DNA of 64,000 nucleotides from Flavobacteriaceae bacterium (GTDB lineage: Bacteria; Bacteroidota; Bacteroidia; Flavobacteriales; Flavobacteriaceae): positions 14,241 to 78,240 of the forward strand of contig JANTFO010000001.1 in the NCBI GenBank assembly GCA_024763365.1. Direction: 5' to 3'. The position numbers and the translations under genes are program-made. Numbering within the stretch: the stretch's first letter is position 1; each line of letters begins with the position of its first letter. Under the pieces are notes generated by a model, which made no database searches, had not been told where the DNA came from, and saw nothing but the letters and a program-made list of their open reading frames with translations. Positions 8,354 through 16,773 of this stretch are shown one piece after another.

Positions 8354-11300
8354 TTACCGCAACAAGCTAAAATGTCCGTTTCTCACTCTTGTGTTTCCTT
8401 TTTTATCCTCTAAAGTTGCAGTAAACCAATAATCTGATGAGGGCATAACTTTCCCGTCATAGATACCGTCCCAGCCGTAATTATTGCTATTAAAATCAAG
8501 TTTAGCTAAGATTTTACCATATCTGTCAAAAATGCTTACTTCTACCGTGTTGTAATAATCCAAATGGGTGCCTAAAACTCTCCAGGTATCATTATATGAA
8601 TCATTATTTGGCGTAAAAAAATCCGGAAATCCAATGATAGGTACTTGAATGGATGCTAAGCCACAGCCATTTTTATCTCTGACATAGATAGTATGAATAC
8701 CTGGCTCTAAATTATCAAAATATGGTTCATCCTGATAAGGCCCCAATTCATCATCGATAGCGTATTCATAATCACCTATTCCTAAGTTTTCTGTAAGGAT
8801 AGTGATGGAATTATTATCAGAATCATCCACTACGATCATATCATCTTCCGTGATGCTAGGGATTATTGATTCAAAAACTTGAACGGGATAAACAAAAGAA
8901 GTACAATCTGTTCCATCGATTGTAGTGGCTGTTACTGAGTAGATTCCGCCAGCGTAAACATCAACATTAACTTGCTCACTAATTACATTGTTTTCTTCAT
9001 CTGTCCATTCATAGGTATATGTCCCTGTTGGATTCGAGATACTCAAATTTAAAGGTGGCTTATCAAGGCAAATAATAGCTGACTCATCCAAATAAAAATC
9101 CGGTTTTGGATTGACCACAAAATTTATACTGGATGAAGCGGAACAATGGTTATTTTGATTATTCTCAATGTATACATTTATGGTTTGACTTACAGAAAGA
9201 AATGGGTTTGGCAAGGGGCTAGATAGTATATTTCCATCTTGGTCAGTATAGGAAATATTCATTCCTGTTTGTCCGTTTAAAAGCTCAACTTCAATCTGAG
9301 AGGTGTCAAAGGGATAAAACCCATCAAAATCATCATCACATTCAATGAGATCCTCAATCGGATAAGATACCGGTGTCTGGTCAACAATAAATGATAATTC
9401 TGTTTCATCATAGCAGGGTCCGTCGGGGTCTTGACTGCTTAAATTAGATACCCTTATTGTAATATCTTGTGAAGCGGTAAGAAATGGATTTGGTAATGGA
9501 CTCGGAAGTGAGTTTCCTAAATCATCGGTATAGGATACTATTACACCTGTTTGCCCATTTAAGACTGTTTCTTCAATTTGTGAAGTATCAAAAGCAAACA
9601 TACCGTCATAATTATCATCACACTGCCTATCAATATTAACTGGATAAGCATAGGGTACAGGTTCCACATGTAAAGTAATATGTGGTCCTAATCCCAAGCA
9701 GTCATTGTTTTGTTCACTATCAACTCTAATGTAAATGACTTGAGTATTCGGATAGCCTATATTTCTGTAGTTTGCTATATTGGTTATAGGGTTTTCCTCC
9801 GCTAGTGCATCAGCTTCATTTCTATAATAAGTGATGACAAGTTCTTGCCCTGATGCGATAAAGATGTCTTCTATTTCGGCAGTAACACTACTGAAGTCAA
9901 AAGAGGAAATACCATCATGGTTGTCATTGTTACTATCAACGTAATCATCACATTCATAAAATACTCTTTGGAATGTAGAAGGTATTTCTGTGGTTGAAAC
10001 TGTCAAATTAATTTGTGCTACTTTGTGACAATTGGCATTGTTTTCAACTCGTGCAAAAACAGTGTCTGTGGTAACACTTTGATTGGTATAAGTAGTTGAA
10101 TTTGGAATTAAAACGGTAGCATCATTTGTGTCGGCTCCGGTATATGTTTCAAAATAGGTAAAAGTTTCATTTTCAAAATTATCCGATATTTTAGCATTGG
10201 CTTCTGTCAAATTAAAGGGGCTATATCCATCAAGGTCATCATCACATTGTTTTAAGTCTATGGGAGAATTGATAATTGGTGTTGCGTAAATAGTCACATT
10301 TGTGGTTATAGTCACTATCTCATCAATGGTGGTCACTTCAATGCTAACTGTATATATGCCGGGTTGTGTATAGGTGTGCGTTGGAGTTAGATTGCCTTGT
10401 ACTGTTGCACTTCCATCACCAAAATCCCAAGAAATATCTAAAATTCCCTCTGTATTAGATAGAGAAAAGGATGTGCTTTCTTCGGAACAATCACCTGTGT
10501 AATTTATCTGTGAAGCAAAGAAAGATTGAATAAAAGGAGGCAAGCCTTGTCGCGAAAGTGGGCCTCCTAAATCAATAGCATCATGTTCATAGTTGCAGCC
10601 TAAACCGGTTACTTCCGGATTATGTATTACGCCCAGATATGGACTTCCCTGATTATAAGTAAGAGATTGTGCCCTATATATTTTTAAGTCGGGACCTAAT
10701 TGCAAAGCCCCTCTATATTGATTTCTTTGATCAATGACTATTCTTGAATTTATAATCTCTGTAGATGTCGATAAGTTTATATTGAATTGGTACAGCGCTG
10801 CAGTGTGAAGATTTGGGTCATCATCATTCCCGGGGTCATAATAATCATTTGTTGCGACTACATAAAGGAGCTCACTTTTTGCAGAAAATTCAACACCATA
10901 AGGGCTGTTTTCAGGATATATAAGGGGTAAAATCAAAGAATTACTTACATTTCCGGTAGTATTGTCAAAGTCATAAAGTATAAACTTTTCATCACCTTGA
11001 TGAGCAACAGCTATTTTAGTACCATCTGGTGAAACTTTTAAATAACCACGATTGTCATAAGTATAGTACCCCCCATCACTTATAGCTATTGGGGTAGTAT
11101 TTACACCTGTAGTGGTTACTTCATATACATAAAAAGAACTACCCTTAAATGTGATAACTAATATAGAACTATTACCTTCTTTAATTACTGCAGTTACTTT
11201 CTCAGAGCTGTTATTGAGTATTGGAACATTTTTTTCTGTAATGACAACATCTCCTAAGCCTCCATCTAAAGACATATCTATAGCAGAGTATTGAAGCCCG

Positions 11301-11665
11301 TTTCCATCTCCATTCTGGTCTTCTACAGTAAAAATATAGTAGATGTTTGGATCTCCGGGTTTTGGAACAATAATACCCGATTGCGTACTGGATTGATCGC
11401 CATGAAGATCGTAGCCATTGGGCATTTGTTGGTTATTTTTATTATAAACATATACCCCATTGGAATAAAAAAGCAAGTCTCCATCACTGGTTGAAATGCT
11501 GGTACAGCCTTCTTCAGTATTTAGTTGCCCGCCTGAAATAGGAACAGGACTACCCGTTTCAAAACTAAGGCCGGCATGTTCTCCAAAAAACCAATTGTTG
11601 GCTTCCTTTTGTGCATTAGTATAAATAAAGAAAAAGAATAGTGGTAAAACAAATAGCTTTTTCAT
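8354..11665 (-). CDS. T9SS type B sorting domain-containing surface protein (beta-propeller-like N-terminus, PKD domain, four CDDxxDG modules)
   Basis: About 1100 aa. The signal peptide starts at the ATG at 11665 (MKKLFVLPLFFFF...); the track uses a GTG at 11689. PKD-like segment DFGDGS...HTYTQPGIYTVS. The C-terminus FFTPNNDSYNDTWRV...YGWDG...SDYWF matches the gliding-associated type-B C-terminal domain. Confidence 0.85.
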   Translation of the reverse strand: MKKLFVLPLFFFFIYTNAQKEANNWFFGEHAGLSFETGSPVPISGGQLNTEEGCTSISTSDGDLLFYSNGVYVYNKNNQQMPNGYDLHGDQSSTQSGIIVPKPGDPNIYYIFTVEDQNGDGNGLQYSAIDMSLDGGLGDVVITEKNVPILNNSSEKVTAVIKEGNSSILVITFKGSSFYVYEVTTTGVNTTPIAISDGGYYTYDNRGYLKVSPDGTKIAVAHQGDEKFILYDFDNTTGNVSNSLILPLIYPENSPYGVEFSAKSELLYVVATNDYYDPGNDDDPNLHTAALYQFNINLSTSTEIINSRIVIDQRNQYRGALQLGPDLKIYRAQSLTYNQGSPYLGVIHNPEVTGLGCNYEHDAIDLGGPLSRQGLPPFIQSFFASQINYTGDCSEESTSFSLSNTEGILDISWDFGDGSATVQGNLTPTHTYTQPGIYTVSIEVTTIDEIVTITTNVTIYATPIINSPIDLKQCDDDLDGYSPFNLTEANAKISDNFENETFTYFETYTGADTNDATVLIPNSTTYTNQSVTTDTVFARVENNANCHKVAQINLTVSTTEIPSTFQRVFYECDDYVDSNNDNHDGISSFDFSSVTAEIEDIFIASGQELVITYYRNEADALAEENPITNIANYRNIGYPNTQVIYIRVDSEQNNDCLGLGPHITLHVEPVPYAYPVNIDRQCDDNYDGMFAFDTSQIEETVLNGQTGVIVSYTDDLGNSLPSPLPNPFLTASQDITIRVSNLSSQDPDGPCYDETELSFIVDQTPVSYPIEDLIECDDDFDGFYPFDTSQIEVELLNGQTGMNISYTDQDGNILSSPLPNPFLSVSQTINVYIENNQNNHCSASSSINFVVNPKPDFYLDESAIICLDKPPLNLSISNPTGTYTYEWTDEENNVISEQVNVDVYAGGIYSVTATTIDGTDCTSFVYPVQVFESIIPSITEDDMIVVDDSDNNSITILTENLGIGDYEYAIDDELGPYQDEPYFDNLEPGIHTIYVRDKNGCGLASIQVPIIGFPDFFTPNNDSYNDTWRVLGTHLDYYNTVEVSIFDRYGKILAKLDFNSNNYGWDGIYDGKVMPSSDYWFTATLEDKKGNTRVRNGHFSLLR

Positions 11666-11785
11666 GAAATCAATATTTTGTAGCTTCACAAATGTACATT
11701 TTATTTATAAATTTTTTTAGCGCTTGAAATAATGAATACTCTTACAGGAGAATTTTACAAATTGAGTTTCAGTCAAGCTTTTTCT

Positions 11786-11793
11786 TATCTTTG
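11786..11793 (+). promoter_or_regulatory. candidate -7 box (TAtcTTTG) for the PorP/SprF gene
   Basis: tatctttg lies 49 nt upstream of the ATG at 11842. A TTG at 11762-11764 gives about 21-nt spacing, consistent with the Bacteroidota sigma-A consensus. Confidence 0.3.
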
Positions 11794-11841
11794 TTGTTAT
11801 TGTATTGTTGGGAATCCTAAAATGCATATAAATAAATAATA

Positions 11842-12768
11842 ATGATTAGAATCTTAAAAATTTCGCTATTCATTTCAATGTTTGTTGGCTATGTAAGTAT
11901 GGCTCAGGATTTACTTCCCAGTTATACCGATTATTTTGCGGATAACATGTATGTAGCCCATCCGTCTTATGCAGGTGCTGAAGACTGTGCGCAAATTAGA
12001 CTTAGTGTAAGAAGACAATGGTTGGGAATTCAAGATGCACCTCAATTACAAGTATTGACTTTTCATACCGGTATAGGTGAGAAAACAGGATTTGGAGTTA
12101 TTATTTTTAAAGATAAGAACGGTTATCATTCACAAATAGGGGGTAAGATCACTTATGCTTATCATATTGACTTTAGCAAGCATTTTGATGTAAACAGGCT
12201 TTCATTTGGCTTGTCGATTTCGAATGTAAATACTTTTTTAGATACCCGTTATTTTGATCCAGAAGATCCGGTTGCTTTTGAACAGGACAATAAATACTAT
12301 TTTAATACCGATGCCGGACTTTCCTATCGGTATCAGGATTTCTTTGCACACTTTACATTTAGGAATATCATCAAGACCGATGTGCTTTTTGATTACAAAG
12401 ATGCGCCGGTTGATCTGTCACAATTCGTTTTGGGTACAGGCTATAATATTACATTTAACCGTCAGTTTAGTCTGGAGCCTTCTACGATGCTCAGATATAT
12501 AAAATATACGGAAGAAAAGTTTCTTGATCTTAATGTGAAGGCGAGGTTTTCTCGAGAGATTACTAAATACTGGGCAGGGTTTAGTTATAGAAAAGCCTAT
12601 AACATCAATGGTTTTGAAGCGGCTACTTATTTGACACCTACTATTGGCTTTGATTATAATAACTTTGTTTTCTCCTATGCGTTTACCCTTCAAAATAATA
12701 AGAGTATATTCCCTTACGGTGATTTTCATCAAATAACTTTGGGGTTTAATATTTTATGCGGCGAATAA
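11842..12768 (+). CDS. PorP/SprF family type IX secretion system membrane protein
   Basis: 308 aa, with a signal peptide followed by ...HPSYAGAEDCAQIRLSVRRQWLGIQDAPQ..., typical of the PorP/SprF beta-barrel family. Divergent from a type-B C-terminal domain cargo gene, a common pairing. Confidence 0.85.
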   Translation: MIRILKISLFISMFVGYVSMAQDLLPSYTDYFADNMYVAHPSYAGAEDCAQIRLSVRRQWLGIQDAPQLQVLTFHTGIGEKTGFGVIIFKDKNGYHSQIGGKITYAYHIDFSKHFDVNRLSFGLSISNVNTFLDTRYFDPEDPVAFEQDNKYYFNTDAGLSYRYQDFFAHFTFRNIIKTDVLFDYKDAPVDLSQFVLGTGYNITFNRQFSLEPSTMLRYIKYTEEKFLDLNVKARFSREITKYWAGFSYRKAYNINGFEAATYLTPTIGFDYNNFVFSYAFTLQNNKSIFPYGDFHQITLGFNILCGE

Positions 12769-12825
12769 AAAGGATTAAGTTTTTTAAACTCATTTATTAC
12801 TTCCATTTTTTTTAATTATTAATGT

Positions 12826-12900
12826 ATCTGAGGCAATCTGAGTGATCTGTGTGCTTTTTTGAATCCTATTTTCACGCAGATTCCACAGATGAACACAGAC
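12826..12900. repeat. inverted pair of atctg / cagat word arrays
   Basis: Left arm atctgaggca atctgagtg atctgtgtgc; right arm cgcagattc cacagatgaa cacagac. The words in one arm are the reverse complements of those in the other. Confidence 0.8.
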
Positions 12901-12991
12901 AACAAATTATTAACAAATTAACTTTTGTTTAAATTTTCTTTGGCATAACGCTCATTAATATAGGCGTATTTTTGGCCAAAACATTCAAACT

Positions 12992-14449
12992 ATGTCTCAA
13001 AAATTATTTTCTTTTTTTGTGTTTTTCAGTTTTATTCAATTACTCCAAGCACAGGAATTTTCATCTCTATTAATTGATGCTGAGACACAAGAACCCGTAC
13101 CTTCTGCTACAATTGCCTCTTCAGCCTACAATGGTGTGATCAGTAATGAAGAAGGCGTATTTTCAATTTTTATTGAGAATACACAGCTTGCGGATTCACT
13201 TAGTATTTCTTGCTTAGGTTATAAACCTAAAAAGATTTTAGCTAAAAATCCATTACCTAAAGAAATAATATTAACTCCTGAAGTTTTTGAGGTCATGCCC
13301 GTATTTTTGGATTTAAAAGAACTCAAGCCTGACGAAGTAATGGATTTGGTTAAAGAGAATCTCAATAAGAATTATAATTTTGAGTATGTGGCAGCTTCCG
13401 TTTTTACAAGAAATAGTGGTCATGGTCAGATGAATAAGTTTGATTTGAATTTGAAAAAATCTACTGTCCCTAAGCTTAATCAGACATTTTTAGATAAATC
13501 TTTTGAAAACCAAAAAGGAGATTTTGTTTACTTAAATGAAGCCATAGAAGATGTGGTTGTATCCAAAAATTGGGAAGGTTATATTGCACCCAGGCGAAAG
13601 TTAGTCATTCAAAGTGATAAGGACCCGGCTTCTGCAAAAAAGATTCAGCAAGATTTGATCCATTTGATGGAAGAAAGTTTTAGGCCTGATTCTGAATTGA
13701 TCATTAAAACCGGTATCATTCGTCTAGACAAAACAGAACCGGTAGATTCAATACTAAGTCAAATGAAAGATGGTTTAGATGATGAGATAGCTGAAAAAGG
13801 AGCTAAATATCCTTTTAATTTGAACAGTTTGTTTCTCAACAAGAAAAGTGATGTAGATTTTATTTACAATCCCTCTAAGTATATCTTTGAGAAAGAAGCT
13901 TTCGTGCTGTTTAATGATAATTGGGTGTATAAGCTGCGCTTTAGACCAAAAAATAAAGCCAAATTTAAAGGTTATGTTTATGTGAATGTAGCAGATTATG
14001 CTGTGCTAAGAGTAGATTTTCAAAATACTGAAATCCCTTACAAAAAATTCAACTTGTTCGGCGTGCATTACAAACAACCTATCAACAAAGGAATGGCATT
14101 ATTTTCTAAAATAAATGCTAAGTACTATTTGAAGTATTTCAAACAAAATTTTAAAAATGTGATGGGTATCGAAAGGCCATTTACAATCATTGAAAAGAAT
14201 AGCCATAAAAAAGGTAGAAAAAGGATTAATAAAGTTTTTCTTGATTTAAATTATCAGTCAACCCAATTCCATACTTCAGAAATTGTCGTCTCAAATGTCA
14301 AGCTCATCTCAAAATCTGACTTTGACTCTTTTACACCGGTAAGCCAGGTCCAAAAGACAAGAAGATTCAGTTACGACCCCGGGTTTTGGAAAGGCTATAA
14401 TATTTTGACTCCTGAAAAAGCCTTGCAAGAAATAAAGATTGAAGAATAA
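12992..14449 (+). CDS. carboxypeptidase-regulatory-like domain protein, function unknown
   Basis: 485 aa with a signal peptide. The N-terminal segment (IDAETQEPVPSATIA...EEGVFSI...SISCLGYKPK) resembles CarboxypepD_reg. The remainder is unassigned. Confidence 0.5.
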   Translation: MSQKLFSFFVFFSFIQLLQAQEFSSLLIDAETQEPVPSATIASSAYNGVISNEEGVFSIFIENTQLADSLSISCLGYKPKKILAKNPLPKEIILTPEVFEVMPVFLDLKELKPDEVMDLVKENLNKNYNFEYVAASVFTRNSGHGQMNKFDLNLKKSTVPKLNQTFLDKSFENQKGDFVYLNEAIEDVVVSKNWEGYIAPRRKLVIQSDKDPASAKKIQQDLIHLMEESFRPDSELIIKTGIIRLDKTEPVDSILSQMKDGLDDEIAEKGAKYPFNLNSLFLNKKSDVDFIYNPSKYIFEKEAFVLFNDNWVYKLRFRPKNKAKFKGYVYVNVADYAVLRVDFQNTEIPYKKFNLFGVHYKQPINKGMALFSKINAKYYLKYFKQNFKNVMGIERPFTIIEKNSHKKGRKRINKVFLDLNYQSTQFHTSEIVVSNVKLISKSDFDSFTPVSQVQKTRRFSYDPGFWKGYNILTPEKALQEIKIEE

Positions 14450-14610
14450 AATTTCCCAGATTTTTTCAAATCTACCTCCCCTAAAAGCTTGGTTTTTAAG
14501 GTTAGGAGTACTTTATACAAAACTTGAAAACCCTGTTAATAAAAAAGCTGCTTAGCCCTTTAAAATACTACAATTAAGCCGTATTTTAGCAGGCAGTTTA
14601 AAAGCTAAAT

Positions 14611-16464
14611 ATGGCAAAAACAACACAGTATACCGAAGAGAATATCCGTTCGCTGGATTGGAAAGAACATATCAGGATGCGGCCGGGTATGTATATTGGA
14701 AAACTTGGAGATGGATCATCTCCTGATGATGGTATTTATATTTTAATCAAAGAGGTGCTAGACAATGCAATTGATGAATTTGTAATGGGTGCTGGCAAGA
14801 CAATTGAACTTAATGTAAAGGATGATGAAGTAAGCATTAGGGATTATGGTAGGGGTATTCCTTTAGGAAAAGTGGTAGATGTAGTGTCTAAAATGAATAC
14901 CGGAGGTAAATATGACTCCCGTGCCTTTAAAAAAGCTGTGGGCCTTAATGGGGTTGGTACAAAAGCGGTTAATGCTTTATCAAGTTCATTTATTGTGCAG
15001 TCTATAAGGGATAATAAAACCAAGCTGGCAGCTTTTGAGTTTGGTAATCTTGTAGAAGACCAACCTATAACTGACTCCGGATTACGGAAAGGGACTAAAG
15101 TAGTATTTAGGCCTGATAATGAGATATTTAAAAAATATAAATTCCGTAGTGAATATATAGAAAGGATGGTTAAGAATTACGTGTTTCTCAATCGTGGTCT
15201 AAGCATAGTTTTCAACGGAGAAAAATATTCTTCTGATAAAGGTTTGGCAGACCTGTTGGCTGAAGAGATTGCAGAAGAACAACGCCAATATCCTATAATT
15301 CATCTCGAAGACACAGATATTGAACTGGCGCTTACGCATAGTAAAACACAGTATAGTGAGTCCTATTATTCCTTTGTGAACGGCCAACACACTACACAGG
15401 GAGGAACGCACCAAAATGCTTTTCGGGAATCTTTTATCAAAACCATAAGAGAGTTTTATGGTAAGAATTTTGAAGCTACGGATATACGCAAATCTGTTGT
15501 GGCAGCGATCAGTATTAAAGTGATGGAACCTGTATTCGAAAGCCAGACAAAAACAAAATTGGGTTCTACCGAAATGGGTGAAGGCTTGCCCAGTATTCGT
15601 GTGTTTATCAATGATTTTATTAAGACTAAACTGGATAATTACCTGCACAAGAATACTGAAACGGCTGAAGCACTCCAACGTAAGATCATGCAGGCAGAAC
15701 GTGAGCGTAAAGATATGGCAGGCATTCGTAAACTGGCAAAAGAAAGAGCCAAGAAAGTAAGCTTACATAACAAAAAACTTCGTGATTGCCGGGTACATCT
15801 TAATAATATGAAGAAGGAAGAACGCTTGAATAGTACCCTATTTATTACGGAAGGTGATTCTGCAAGTGGATCCATAACAAAATCGAGAAATGTCAATACC
15901 CAGGCCGTTTTTTCTTTAAGAGGAAAACCACTCAATAGTTATGGTAAAACTAAAAAAATTGTTTATGAAAATGAAGAATTCAACCTGCTGCAAGCAGCAC
16001 TCGATATTGAAGATGGGATAGAAAATTTACGCTACAACAATATTGTGATTGCTACCGATGCTGATGTGGATGGGATGCATATTCGCTTATTGCTGATCAC
16101 CTTTTTCTTGCAATTTTTTCCTGAGTTGATCAAAGAAGGGCATTTGTTTATTTTAGAAACACCTCTTTTCAGGGTAAGGGATAAAAAAGATACGTATTAT
16201 TGCTATAGTGAAACAGAAAAAAAACAAGCGATCAAAAAATTAAAAGGGAAACCGGAGATTACACGCTTTAAAGGTTTAGGAGAAATTTCACCGGATGAGT
16301 TCAAATACTTTATTGGCGAAGATATGCGATTGGATCCTGTGATGTTGGACAAAAATATGAGTGTGGATGATATGTTGGCTTATTATATGGGTAAAAATAC
16401 GCCCGAAAGGCAGCAATTCATCATCGAAAACCTCAAAGTGGAAATGGATTTGGTGGAGGAATGA
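14611..16464 (+). CDS. parE: DNA topoisomerase IV subunit B
   Basis: 617 aa with GHKL ATPase motifs ([15 protein letters not shown]), Toprim EGDSA and the DxD motif (IATDADVDG). The short GyrB-like length and its pairing with a ParC-like gene favour topoisomerase IV. Confidence 0.85.
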   Translation: MAKTTQYTEENIRSLDWKEHIRMRPGMYIGKLGDGSSPDDGIYILIKEVLDNAIDEFVMGAGKTIELNVKDDEVSIRDYGRGIPLGKVVDVVSKMNTGGKYDSRAFKKAVGLNGVGTKAVNALSSSFIVQSIRDNKTKLAAFEFGNLVEDQPITDSGLRKGTKVVFRPDNEIFKKYKFRSEYIERMVKNYVFLNRGLSIVFNGEKYSSDKGLADLLAEEIAEEQRQYPIIHLEDTDIELALTHSKTQYSESYYSFVNGQHTTQGGTHQNAFRESFIKTIREFYGKNFEATDIRKSVVAAISIKVMEPVFESQTKTKLGSTEMGEGLPSIRVFINDFIKTKLDNYLHKNTETAEALQRKIMQAERERKDMAGIRKLAKERAKKVSLHNKKLRDCRVHLNNMKKEERLNSTLFITEGDSASGSITKSRNVNTQAVFSLRGKPLNSYGKTKKIVYENEEFNLLQAALDIEDGIENLRYNNIVIATDADVDGMHIRLLLITFFLQFFPELIKEGHLFILETPLFRVRDKKDTYYCYSETEKKQAIKKLKGKPEITRFKGLGEISPDEFKYFIGEDMRLDPVMLDKNMSVDDMLAYYMGKNTPERQQFIIENLKVEMDLVEE

Positions 16465-16773
16465 GCTTAATGAGACATTGAATCAATGAGCTAATGATTC
16501 AATTAGAAAATTGTCATTTCGACCGAGGAGGTACGACGAGTGGAGAAATCTGTTCAATCCAATGATAGCATGATTCAATGAGACAATGAAAATTGATTTA
16601 GATAACTCATAATTATGACAGAAAAGGAAAAGTTTATAATTGAAATTTCAAAAATTATGACCTCAGCAAAACATTCAACTTATAATAAATTAAATAACAT
16701 GTCTAAATAGATTGCGTAACATTCAATCATTGTATCATTAGATCATTCAATCATTCAATCATTAATTAGATAA
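16465..16773. repeat. 309-nt parE-parC spacer containing 8-nt phased aatga arrays, a G+C-rich island and reverse-complement tcatt arrays
   Basis: aatga-type words occur every 8 nt at 16469-16516 and 16553-16597. tcatt-type words occur every 8 nt at 16719-16766. The G+C-rich segment tttcgaccgaggaggtacgacgagtggagaaatc is at 16518-16551. Confidence 0.85.
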
